This document shows, piece after piece, positions 16,191 to 26,300 of a stretch of 64,000 nt of DNA. Source of the stretch: a virus. Below the pieces are notes generated by a model. That model searched no databases. It was not told the origin of the DNA and saw only the letters and a list, made by a program, of their open reading frames with translations. The DNA is taken from the IMG/VR virus record IMGVR_UViG_3300024319_000003, positions 32,001 through 96,000 of that record. The stretch is one strand, 5' to 3'. How positions within the stretch are numbered: position 1 is the first letter of the stretch; each line of letters begins with the position of its first letter. The translations under genes were made by a program, and so were the position numbers.

Positions 16191-16198
16191 TATTTATA
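16191..16198 (+). promoter_or_regulatory. putative late promoter TATTTATA
   Basis: 11 nt before ATG 16210. Confidence 0.65.
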
Positions 16199-16209
16199 TA
16201 TAAAAACGT

Positions 16210-16581
16210 ATGAGTACTGATAAAGAAATTTTTAAAGGTAAATCATTATCTGATCTTTTTGGTGAAATCTACGATAACTCAAAAGAGACAAAATCTCAAG
16301 TGAAATCCCTTATTGGAGAATTAAAACCTCTAATAGAAAACATTGGCGATGCAACATTAATAGTTCCTATGATTAAAGAGTATATGGAAATAGGTGTTAA
16401 AAATGATGATGCACTAGTAAAACTAGCTACCATTATACAGAGAATGGAAATAGCTCAAACTAAAGGCGGCGGTGAGGATATGTTTAACTTCGAAGACCTT
16501 CAATCACTACTTGAAGAATCAGAAGATATACAAGAAGAGTTAGTAGATAAACAAGAGGATAACGGTAAAGAAGAAGAGTAA
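16210..16581 (+). CDS. helical hypothetical protein (possible terminase small subunit)
   Basis: 123 aa, helical, late promoter; TerS identity unproven. Confidence 0.5.
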   Translation: MSTDKEIFKGKSLSDLFGEIYDNSKETKSQVKSLIGELKPLIENIGDATLIVPMIKEYMEIGVKNDDALVKLATIIQRMEIAQTKGGGEDMFNFEDLQSLLEESEDIQEELVDKQEDNGKEEE

Positions 16582-16585
16582 AGTC

Positions 16586-17746
16586 ATGAGTATAAAAGGA
16601 CCGGACTTAAGAGACGATGAATTTAATACATTAAATAAACCTGTTAGGGTTATAGATGTAATAATAGATAAAGATCATCCTAGATATGAACTCGCTGGTA
16701 AAGCAGCAAGTGTAGGTGGTATATTCTATAGAGAGTTAGGACTGTCCTATGATGATTCTGAATCCGGAGAAGAAGCCTTTACAGGTTTCGCACATCCATT
16801 GAACCCTAATATAAACACACTTCCTCTAAAGAATGAAATAGTATACTTAGTTAAAGGTCCAAATAAGATAATAAGTAACTCCGGAGACATCGATGTAGAT
16901 TATTATCAGACAGTTTATAAGATATTTAACCACCCCCATGTTAACGCCTACCCAGTAAAAGATGACGCAGACGCAGAGGTAGATATTCAAGACGGATTAA
17001 ACTTAAATCCAGAAATTGCCCCTTTACAACCGTACCCAGGTGATACTATAATAGAAGGTAGGTTGGCACAATCGATACGAATGTCAGGAGGTTTTTCAGA
17101 AATTAATCCATTAACAGATGAAGATAACATTAACGATCCGTTTATTCTAATAAGCAACGGTCAGACTAATGTAAACTTAAACAAGAACGGTATATACCAT
17201 ATAGTAGAAAATATAGATAAGGACCCTTCATCTATATACTTAACATCCAACCACATAGTACCAATTACATTAGCTAATCAAAAAAGAGATAGTTACGACG
17301 ATGTACCGGACTTACCAACTAAGTACCAAGGAGAACAGGTAGTACTAAACGCAGGAAGATTAACATTTAATGCTAAGACAGACGATATATTAATATCAAG
17401 CGCTAAATCAGCAGGAATAAACGCAAACACAGTTAACGTAGACGCTAGCGATTACCTCTGTATAGATGCACCTAAAATCTTTTTAGGATCTAAAGCACGT
17501 GAGTATAATAATGAAAAGAAACAACCAGTAATGAAAGGTCACGAGGTTGAGCAATTTCTTAGCGATACTATAGATATACTTAAATCAATGTGTAACGCTA
17601 TGCAAGCAGCTTCAAACGGAGGAGGACCAGTAGTAAGTTTAGTAAAAGAGGGAGCATCTGCTTTAGCAAGATTACAGCAACAACAGGCTCTTATAAATCC
17701 AAGCGGAAAGTCAAATCTTAAATCAACTAAAACCTTCGTAGAATAA
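16586..17746 (+). CDS. baseplate hub/spike protein (gp5-like)
   Basis: OB-fold-like N-terminus (FAHP...LPLKNEIV), PYPGDTIIEGR, beta-repeat region; upstream of gp25/gp6. Confidence 0.65.
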   Translation: MSIKGPDLRDDEFNTLNKPVRVIDVIIDKDHPRYELAGKAASVGGIFYRELGLSYDDSESGEEAFTGFAHPLNPNINTLPLKNEIVYLVKGPNKIISNSGDIDVDYYQTVYKIFNHPHVNAYPVKDDADAEVDIQDGLNLNPEIAPLQPYPGDTIIEGRLAQSIRMSGGFSEINPLTDEDNINDPFILISNGQTNVNLNKNGIYHIVENIDKDPSSIYLTSNHIVPITLANQKRDSYDDVPDLPTKYQGEQVVLNAGRLTFNAKTDDILISSAKSAGINANTVNVDASDYLCIDAPKIFLGSKAREYNNEKKQPVMKGHEVEQFLSDTIDILKSMCNAMQAASNGGGPVVSLVKEGASALARLQQQQALINPSGKSNLKSTKTFVE

Positions 17747-18594
17747 TGCCGTGTACTATCCCTCCATCGCAACTAGGCCTTTTTATAGGTAAATTAATAG
17801 GTAAACTAGAAGGGCTTATTATGGCACAAGTAACTAAGTTAATAGCTAAGGTACTTCAGGAACTACTAGGTAATTTCTGCCCAGATTTATCTATACTGGA
17901 AAATATACTTAAGACAAGAGATTCTCTAATTAATAAGATTACATTAGTCGAAAAGAAGATTGAACCTATAGCAGCATTTGCTGATAAATTAGATCCTCCG
18001 ATAAAAGCAGCAAAAATAATTATAACGTTATTAGAGATGCTACCAGTGCCAGGTACTATCGGTTTACCTCCTGGACCAGGTGGGGGTGTAATATACTCTA
18101 TTTCAGTAGGGAAACAAAACAGACTAGCTCAACTGTTAAACATAGCATGTAAGATAGTAGAGATGCTAGAGCAAGATCAGAAAGCTATCAAATATGTAAC
18201 AAACTCAGCACTAGCAACAATGACACCAGTCAAAGCAAAGCTAATGAGCTTAGATTTTAAATTATTTACATGTGTAGATAAATTACCCCAGGATCAAAAA
18301 GACCATATTATGTCTGTAATAGAAAACCTACCGTCAAATGTAGGTTTACTTGACGAGAAATCCATAGATGATGCAGGCGGAACAGTCTACGGTTACACTA
18401 AACCATCGTCAGGTAAAGAATATACAATAAAAATTGAAGAGGATAAAGATTCACCTAGTTACGCAAAACGTCGTTACGCTGTAGTCTACGATTCTTTTAA
18501 TATAGCAGTACTAAAAGGTCCTAAATCCTTTAGTTCTTCAACAAGAGTGTTGATAGACGAAATAAAATTTAGAATTAATAACCAACTTCCATAA
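17746..18594 (+). CDS. putative baseplate/structural protein
   Basis: Position in baseplate block. Confidence 0.55.
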   Translation: MPCTIPPSQLGLFIGKLIGKLEGLIMAQVTKLIAKVLQELLGNFCPDLSILENILKTRDSLINKITLVEKKIEPIAAFADKLDPPIKAAKIIITLLEMLPVPGTIGLPPGPGGGVIYSISVGKQNRLAQLLNIACKIVEMLEQDQKAIKYVTNSALATMTPVKAKLMSLDFKLFTCVDKLPQDQKDHIMSVIENLPSNVGLLDEKSIDDAGGTVYGYTKPSSGKEYTIKIEEDKDSPSYAKRRYAVVYDSFNIAVLKGPKSFSSSTRVLIDEIKFRINNQLP

Positions 18595-18600
18595 CATAAC

Positions 18601-18608
18601 TATTTATA
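18601..18608 (+). promoter_or_regulatory. putative late promoter TATTTATA
   Basis: 3 nt before ATG 18612. Confidence 0.65.
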
Positions 18609-18611
18609 TAT

Positions 18612-19043
18612 ATGAAACTAGATCAACTAAGAAAAATAATCAGGGAAGAAGTACGATCTGCAGTTAAATCAGAATTACAAGAAGTAATGAATGAGGCAAT
18701 TAAGATCGCAAGCAACCCTAGTGCACCACAGGCAACAGTAAATACTCAGAGAGTACCTGTTAAGAAACCAATAGTAGCACCAAAAACAGGTAAAACATCT
18801 CTAGATGAGATGTTAAGAATGACTAAGTCTACGATGACTAATCAAGAATACAAAAACGTATTCTCTGGAACATCTAACATGGTACAAGGAGGCACTAATA
18901 TGGCTACTAGCATGGCATCTCAAATGGGACTGCAAGGAGGACCAGCACCCGGAATAGATATAAGTTCTCTAGACTTTGTTAAAAAAGCAGGAGAAGTATT
19001 TAAAGCATCTAACAATGTAGATGCAGCAAAACAATTAATATAG
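18612..19043 (+). CDS. hypothetical virion protein
   Basis: MKLDQLRKIIREEV N-terminus; late promoter. Confidence 0.6.
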   Translation: MKLDQLRKIIREEVRSAVKSELQEVMNEAIKIASNPSAPQATVNTQRVPVKKPIVAPKTGKTSLDEMLRMTKSTMTNQEYKNVFSGTSNMVQGGTNMATSMASQMGLQGGPAPGIDISSLDFVKKAGEVFKASNNVDAAKQLI

Positions 19044-19048
19044 AGTAA

Positions 19049-19456
19049 ATGGCATTTGAAGCAAAAAAGATTAATCCGTTAGATTTACAACCTAGAAAAG
19101 CAATAGGTGTAGCGATACCTTTCTCAGGTAATGCTGTATTTAATTCTACATATCAATCTATTGATGCGATCAAAGCAAATTTAATAAATTACCTACTAAC
19201 AGGAAAAGGTGAAAGATATCTTAGACCTACGTTTGGTTCAGGACTTAGAAGTATGCTTTTTGAAAACGCTACTGTTGAAAACTTAGAAGATATTGAAGTA
19301 CTAATAAGAGAAGCATTAGTAAACTATTTCCCTGAACTTAATATTATAGACTTATTTCTAGAAAATAAAACAGAATATAACACAATAGAGTTTGGCTTAA
19401 AGTTTGCCATAGTAGGAACAGACTTAGAGGATGAAATCTTAATTAACATAGTATAA
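19049..19456 (+). CDS. baseplate wedge protein gp25-like
   Basis: IKANLINYLLTGKGERYLRPTFGS. Confidence 0.9.
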   Translation: MAFEAKKINPLDLQPRKAIGVAIPFSGNAVFNSTYQSIDAIKANLINYLLTGKGERYLRPTFGSGLRSMLFENATVENLEDIEVLIREALVNYFPELNIIDLFLENKTEYNTIEFGLKFAIVGTDLEDEILINIV

Positions 19457-19458
19457 AA

Positions 19459-21252
19459 ATGGCTCAAAATATTAGTATAAAATATACAGACAAAGACTTT
19501 AACAGCTTAAGACAGCAGTTAATAGAGATGTCTAAGAACTACTTCCCAGATAGCTATAACGACTTCTCTGCAACATCACCAGGTATGATGTTTATGGAAA
19601 TGTCTGCTTATGTAGGAGACATATTATCTTTCTACCAAGACTCACAACTTCAAGAAACATACCTACAGTACGCTCAAAACCCAAGTAACCTATATACATT
19701 AGCTTACATGATGGGATATCGACCAAGAGCAACAAGAGCATCATCAGTAGAAATCGAAGTATCACAACGTGTAGCCGCATCAGGAGCATCCTATACACCA
19801 GATTGGGATCAAGCCTTATCTGTAAACGGCAATGTTCAATTAGAATACGGTAAACAAAAATTTGTAATTAATCAACCAGTTGATTTTAAATTTTCCAGTT
19901 CTTATGACCCTACAGATGTTACAATTTTTTCATTAATGGGAGATAATCCTTCGGAATTCATACTTACAAAAAAGGCAACAGCATCAGCAGGAGAGATAGC
20001 TACTAAAACAGTAGAAGTAATAGGACACCAGCAAAACTTTACTTTTGAAATAGATGACATTAATATAATAGGAGTACTTGATATAGTAGACAGCAATGGA
20101 GATAAATGGTACGAAGTACCGTACTTAGGTCAAGAAACAGTATATGAAACTACAAACATCACAGGGTCAGAAGACCTATTAACATTAATCAATGTTCCGA
20201 GAAGATTTGTAACAAGATTAAGGTCTAACAACCAAATGCAAGTTCAATTCGGATCAGGAGCACCAACAACAGAGAATACAGCTGTTGTACCTAACCCGAC
20301 AAATATTGGTTCTCCATTCACTGGAGGTATAAGTAGACTAGATTATGCATATGATCCTTCTAACTTCTTATATACAGACAGTTACGGTATAGCACCATCT
20401 AGCACCGTACTGACAGTTAGGTATCTACGAGGTGGAGGAGTTGCATCAAATGTAGAAGCAAACACACTTACAACTTCAACAAATGCTACATATACAGCAA
20501 TAGATAATACCTATTCAGGTACGTTAACTTATAATAATCCAAAACCTGCAACGGGAGGTAAAGACGGAGATTCAGCAGAAGAAGTAAGACAAAACTCTCT
20601 TAAAGCTTTTGCAGAGCAAGGTAGACTAGTAACTAAGCAAGATTATGCATTTAGAGCCTTGACTATGACACCTAATCTAGGAGCAATAGCTAAATCATTT
20701 GTGACAACACCAGACATAGTTACAACAAGTAATGCCAAAAGCTATGATAGAATTGACAGTACTAATGTATGTTTGTATGTTTTAGCGTATGATAAGGATT
20801 ATAAACTAACAGAAGGTTCAACACAACTTAAAAATAATCTAAAAGAATACCTTGCACCGTATATGATGTTAACCGATTCTCTTGATATTAAAGATGCTTA
20901 CATTATAAACATAGGTATTAATTATGATATAATATCACTACCTAATTACAATTCTAGAGAAGTTCTATTCAACTGCTCTTTAGCATTAAAGAATTACTTT
21001 AGAACATCGAATCGATTAATTAATCAACCGATAAACTTATCAACAGTATATACATTATTAGATAGAATAAAAGGAGTTCAAACAATACAGAATATTAAGA
21101 TAACAACTAAAACCGGAGGTAGCTATTCTGAGTACGATTACGATATACCGGGAGCAATGAAAGACAATATTATTTTCCCTTCATTAGATCCTATGATATT
21201 TGAATTAAAATACCCAGACAACGATATTCAAGGTAGAATAACAACATTATAA
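19459..21252 (+). CDS. baseplate wedge protein gp6-like (baseplate J)
   Basis: KDFNSLR, YNDFS..SPGMMF, YVGDILSFY.D, FG.G, GG.DGDS.EEVR, QGRLVT.QDY. Confidence 0.9.
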   Translation: MAQNISIKYTDKDFNSLRQQLIEMSKNYFPDSYNDFSATSPGMMFMEMSAYVGDILSFYQDSQLQETYLQYAQNPSNLYTLAYMMGYRPRATRASSVEIEVSQRVAASGASYTPDWDQALSVNGNVQLEYGKQKFVINQPVDFKFSSSYDPTDVTIFSLMGDNPSEFILTKKATASAGEIATKTVEVIGHQQNFTFEIDDINIIGVLDIVDSNGDKWYEVPYLGQETVYETTNITGSEDLLTLINVPRRFVTRLRSNNQMQVQFGSGAPTTENTAVVPNPTNIGSPFTGGISRLDYAYDPSNFLYTDSYGIAPSSTVLTVRYLRGGGVASNVEANTLTTSTNATYTAIDNTYSGTLTYNNPKPATGGKDGDSAEEVRQNSLKAFAEQGRLVTKQDYAFRALTMTPNLGAIAKSFVTTPDIVTTSNAKSYDRIDSTNVCLYVLAYDKDYKLTEGSTQLKNNLKEYLAPYMMLTDSLDIKDAYIINIGINYDIISLPNYNSREVLFNCSLALKNYFRTSNRLINQPINLSTVYTLLDRIKGVQTIQNIKITTKTGGSYSEYDYDIPGAMKDNIIFPSLDPMIFELKYPDNDIQGRITTL

Positions 21253-21254
21253 AA

Positions 21255-22313
21255 ATGGCACTATACAGAATTTTTCCTACTCAAGACTCAACAATATACT
21301 CTCAATACCCGTATAAGAATACCGGTAGAGATGAGTTACTAGAAATAGGTGGATTTCCATCTTCTGGAACAGGGTTTACTGCTAGAGCATTAATTGAGTT
21401 TAAAACAGAAGATATACAAGAAGTATTAACAGATAAAGCAGGAGGCTCAGACTTTTCTGCTAGCTTAAAATGTTTCTTAAACTTTGCATCTGAAATACCT
21501 AGTAGCTTTAAAGTAGAAAGTCATGTAATTACAAGAGCATGGGGAGAAGGATTAGGTAAGCTTGGAGATAACCCAGAAAGCAAAGGTGGATGCTCTTGGA
21601 CAGCAAGTGACTCAGGTACTAACTGGTCATCTGCAGGAGGAGATTATGTAGGTACAAATAGTGGTGTTATTGTTAGTGCATCTAAGTCATTAGATAAAAC
21701 TACACCTTATGACTTGGATTTAAATATAACTAACGCAGTTAATGAATGGACTAAAGATGTCAGTCCACTAGCTAACAATGGGTTACTACTCAAAGTAGAA
21801 GATGCTTACGAAAACTTTACATCAGCATCTATAAGATTAAAATACTATTCCAGCGACACCAACACAATCTACCCACCATATTTAGAAATAAAATGGGATG
21901 ATTTTAGTCATAATTCTGGTTCACTACCAACATTAACAGATGCAGATGCAGTTATTACTTTAAAAAATAATAAAGGTAAATACGCAGATGAAGGAAAGGT
22001 AAGGTTTAGAGTAAATTCAAGACCAAACTATCCAACTAGAACCTTTACTACATCGTCTGCATATACTGTTAATTATGCTCTACCAACTGCATCGTACTGG
22101 GGACTTAGAGATGAGTTTACAGAGGAAATGATAGTTGACTTTGATACTACGTTTACTAAACTAAGCTGTGATAGTAAATCTAACTATTTTGATATATACT
22201 TAGACGGTCTTCAACCAGAGAGATTTTATAAGGTATTAATAAAATCAGAAATAGACGGAACAGATGTAGTAATAGATAATGACCAAATCTTTAAGATTGT
22301 AAGAAATGGATAG
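21255..22313 (+). CDS. structural protein with DNRLRE/CBM96-like beta domain
   Basis: DSTIY...NTG.D..L, RALI.F, NNGLLLK, YSSDT...PYLEIKWDD. Confidence 0.6.
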   Translation: MALYRIFPTQDSTIYSQYPYKNTGRDELLEIGGFPSSGTGFTARALIEFKTEDIQEVLTDKAGGSDFSASLKCFLNFASEIPSSFKVESHVITRAWGEGLGKLGDNPESKGGCSWTASDSGTNWSSAGGDYVGTNSGVIVSASKSLDKTTPYDLDLNITNAVNEWTKDVSPLANNGLLLKVEDAYENFTSASIRLKYYSSDTNTIYPPYLEIKWDDFSHNSGSLPTLTDADAVITLKNNKGKYADEGKVRFRVNSRPNYPTRTFTTSSAYTVNYALPTASYWGLRDEFTEEMIVDFDTTFTKLSCDSKSNYFDIYLDGLQPERFYKVLIKSEIDGTDVVIDNDQIFKIVRNG

Positions 22314-23295
22314 TAAAAAAGTAAAAATATCAAAAACAGTATTTGATAAGAGTTCATTTAGGAACACTATCGATAGTAAGTTTACTTTTTTTAAAGAACC
22401 CGAACCTATTGTAGACCCTGACACAATAGAAGAGCTCTTTAGACTGTACTCGAAACTATATTTGCTAATACCCGTAGAAGGAGAAAGAGATAGTCATCAG
22501 TACCTAGTAGAAAAAAGTTCAGAACTGTACCAAATTGATAGGCAGTTAGAATCAATTCAACCACTACTTGATGAAGTAGCACAATTGCGACAGCAGATAT
22601 TAGATGGAAATAGACGAATTGCTGAATTAGAAATACAATTAGCAACAGGTAACGAAATATCTTACGAGGATGTAGAAAAAGTTGCTTTATTACAAGCAGA
22701 TCTAGCAGCAGCAAATGCAAATATAGTTGCACTAGAAACTGCAAACACAATAGCTAACAGTGCAGCAGAAGCAGCACAAGAAGCAAACGCCGCCCAAGCA
22801 GAAGCACAAGCTACAGCAGATGCACAAGCAGCAGAAGCAGAAGCACAAGCAGCATCTTCCCAAGCAGATGTAGATGAACTTATTAGTATATTCAAAGACG
22901 GTAACCAGGTATTAGGTCGAGCATATAATTATATGAAACATAACAATACCATTAATATTTTTCACTGGCATAGAGGACCTACATGGGTTAGAGCGATAGC
23001 AAATAACTATAAAAATAAATTCTACTGGATGTTCGGAAAAGATTCATCAGATAAAGGAGACTGGAATTCAAGAAGAGGCGGAGATAGTTCCTACTTTATA
23101 CCTGCAACACCGAGGGAATCAAAGGAAATGACATTAGACTTTTTTGTAGAAGAGTTAAAACAAGCAGGGTATAAAGCTGATGCAATTGTTGAAGCAGCAA
23201 ACAAAACAGGAAGTATGAATAACAAAGTATCTTTTAGGCTTATAACATTTAACGATCCTGATGCTGAAAACGAAGTTGGATATAGGTTATTATAA
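22306..23295 (+). CDS. structural protein with Ala-rich coiled coil
   Basis: Coiled coil plus AEAQA repeats; in tail block. Confidence 0.6.
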   Translation: MDSKKVKISKTVFDKSSFRNTIDSKFTFFKEPEPIVDPDTIEELFRLYSKLYLLIPVEGERDSHQYLVEKSSELYQIDRQLESIQPLLDEVAQLRQQILDGNRRIAELEIQLATGNEISYEDVEKVALLQADLAAANANIVALETANTIANSAAEAAQEANAAQAEAQATADAQAAEAEAQAASSQADVDELISIFKDGNQVLGRAYNYMKHNNTINIFHWHRGPTWVRAIANNYKNKFYWMFGKDSSDKGDWNSRRGGDSSYFIPATPRESKEMTLDFFVEELKQAGYKADAIVEAANKTGSMNNKVSFRLITFNDPDAENEVGYRLL

Positions 23296-23326
23296 AGTAG
23301 TAAATAGATTAAAATAAAAAAAGTAA

Positions 23327-26300
23327 ATGGCTAAAGTAACATACACTTCACAAGATATTATTGCTAATAGCTTACCTGATGTAGAGAAATACTCAAGTAA
23401 GGATCTTAATTTAATAGACAATTTTAAAGTTAACAAGGAGTTTGACTTTAATAAGCATTATATTGAGACTCACTTCTATACGGTAAATAATTATAGACTG
23501 TACTCTTCGTATAACTACTCACTTCCGGTTCCAAACCTAAGTATACCCACAGAAGATCAAAAATCAACAGAAATAGAATTAAAACCTGCTGAACTAGCCA
23601 TACAGCAAGGATTTGCACGTACTAAAGTAAAGGTACTATTTCACTTTTTAAACGATGTATTCACAATAGGTAACGGTAAGCAAGATTTATACATACACAG
23701 TATATCAACAGACCGTAAAGAAGTTTTACTTTATTCCGATAAGATAAAAGTTAACGAGTTAATTAATAGAACAGACGAACTAAAAGAAAAGATAAAGAGT
23801 AAGAGTTACTTTGAAGAACTTTCCCTTAACATGGGAGATAATGATCTTCTGATAGTAACAAATATAGATACATTCCAACTAGATAACAAATACACAGTTG
23901 CACTTAGACTGTATGAACCATTACCTGATAAATATGATATTAAGAGTGATGTTCAACTAGTAGAAAAAGTATCAGATTCAATAGCTACTTTAGTTATACC
24001 TGATATAGAGGAAGAAGAAAGACAGGCTCCAAAGCTAAGACAAGCAAACTTTTCTGTAGAATTAGAGACTCAAGACAGTACACCTACAGAGTACTTTAAA
24101 TTAAATGATTTATTTAGTTATGAATCTAATAACTCTAATAAAGAATTATTTTCACTCATAAATGAAAAGAGTGCCAACATCGGCATAGACCATAGAGAGT
24201 ATGAAAACTTTATTCACTTTTCTTCTGCTGAAGAAAGACTTAGAAACTTTAAATATAAAGTAAGTCTACTAGAAGCATATGAGAGTGACCTACTTACAGA
24301 ACAAGGAATTAACAATCCTAACACAGTAGCAGCAAGCGGAAGTATAGTAGCAACAAGGAACCTAATAGATGGTATAGTAAATAATTTTGATCACTATGAA
24401 AGGTTCCTATACTATGAAAGTGGATCTAAGTCGTGGCCTAAGTCTAATGATGATAAACCTTATGTAAATTTAGAGATAAGTAATACAGCATCGGTAGCGT
24501 GGTTTGACGAACAGATAACATCTGCATCTTCTTATGATGCAAGAAATCTAGATGTATTGACCGGATTTCTACCAGAATATATAGCAGACGATGATAATAA
24601 TAAAGCAGCTATTACATTTACTCATATGCTCGGTCAGCATTACGATAACTTATGGATATACACTAAAGCTCTAACAGATAAGTACGATACAGATAACAGG
24701 TTAGATTACGGTATATCTAAAGACTTAGTACAGGAGGCAGTAAAGAGTATGGGAATAAAACTGTATAATTCTGTTGAAGGCACAAACGACTTATTCAGTT
24801 ACATTATACAGGATACATACGATAGCGGTAGTCAAAGCGAAGTAATAAATCACTACGCAGGTCCTTTTACTGAAGCAGAATTTGCAAGTGGCTTTATAAG
24901 ATTTAGAAGTGATTCAAATACTGCAGATAGTAATATGACAATTACTTTAACTTCTGTACAAGGAACAACAATTACATACCAAGCTACTAACGATGTATCA
25001 AAAACATCTACTATAGATGCAGCAACAGGTAATACATTATTTTATATAGGAAATGCAGGTGTTTACACTGGAGCAGTTGCAAGAGAGTATCGATTTAATA
25101 ATGCTATAAAAAGTAGTAATGGACACGGTGGAGAATTTACTTATGAATCAACATCTATAGCTGGAGAGATAGTAATAAAACAAACAATAGCAGGACCGCA
25201 AGGAAATATAGCATGGATAACAGGTTCTAGCTTTTATGGAGCAGGTCAACTATCCGGAGGAATGTCAACTGCATTTACAGGTGGCACCACTTCTACCGGC
25301 AAATCTATATCTACAAAAGATTATGAAGCAAGTGTATATAAAAGACTCTACCACAACATACCACTTTTACTTAAATCAAAAGGTACAGAACGGGGACTAA
25401 GAGCACTTATAAACTGCTTTGGTATACCTAAAGACTTTTTAACAATTAAAACATTCGGGCAGCATGAAGACTCGATATATTTTGGACCGGAAAATGCCTA
25501 TACATCTTCTTTAAACAGCGTAACAGTAATACCATCCATCCCAGAAGATGGAAAAGTACTAACTGGTAATAGATCAATAACATTAGAAAATCCACAAGGA
25601 AATAGACAATCTACTAACATATATAAGTCAAGAAAAGTAGAAGTAGGGTTTTCACCTTCAACAGTGTTAAATAAGTACATTAATGAACAAGCAGACTTAA
25701 TAAGAGCAAACTACACACAAGCACAGTTTAGTCTAGATCATTGGATTGGAGATCCTAGAGATCTTAATAAAGATGTTTATGAATCACCTGATTATAAGTT
25801 TAAGTATACGCTAGAGAGACTGAAGTACAATATTTTTCCGGATTTAGGAAAAGAGTATTTAAATTACAATCTAAAAGATTTTGTACGTATTTTTAAATTC
25901 TACGATAACGTACTCTTTAAAATGATTAAAGATTTTGTACCCTCTAATGCAAATTTAGATGTAGGTATTATCATACAGCCACATAGTTTAGAACGATCCA
26001 AAATTAAATCACCCTCAGTCGAAGGAACTGATAATACTTACTCAGCAAGTATAGATACAGCTTTTGTAACAGGTTCTTCAGCAGGAGCGTACAATGATAA
26101 GGTATTACCGGAAAATAAACACCTAAAAGGGCTACCTGTTAATTTCAGCCCAGGTAAGGTAGGGGGACATTCAGATATTAATTTTCATATAAATTTTGCT
26201 ACTGGATCAGCAGACTTTGGTGAAATAGTCCCACAGGGTACAGTATTTTACCATCCAGATGGAACTGAGTACAATATAGAAGAAGTATATAAACCAGGTA

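Noticed and set aside
22740-22865. GCAGCA/GAAGCACAA tandem-like repeats
   Set aside because: Explained by the Ala/Glu/Gln coiled-coil coding sequence
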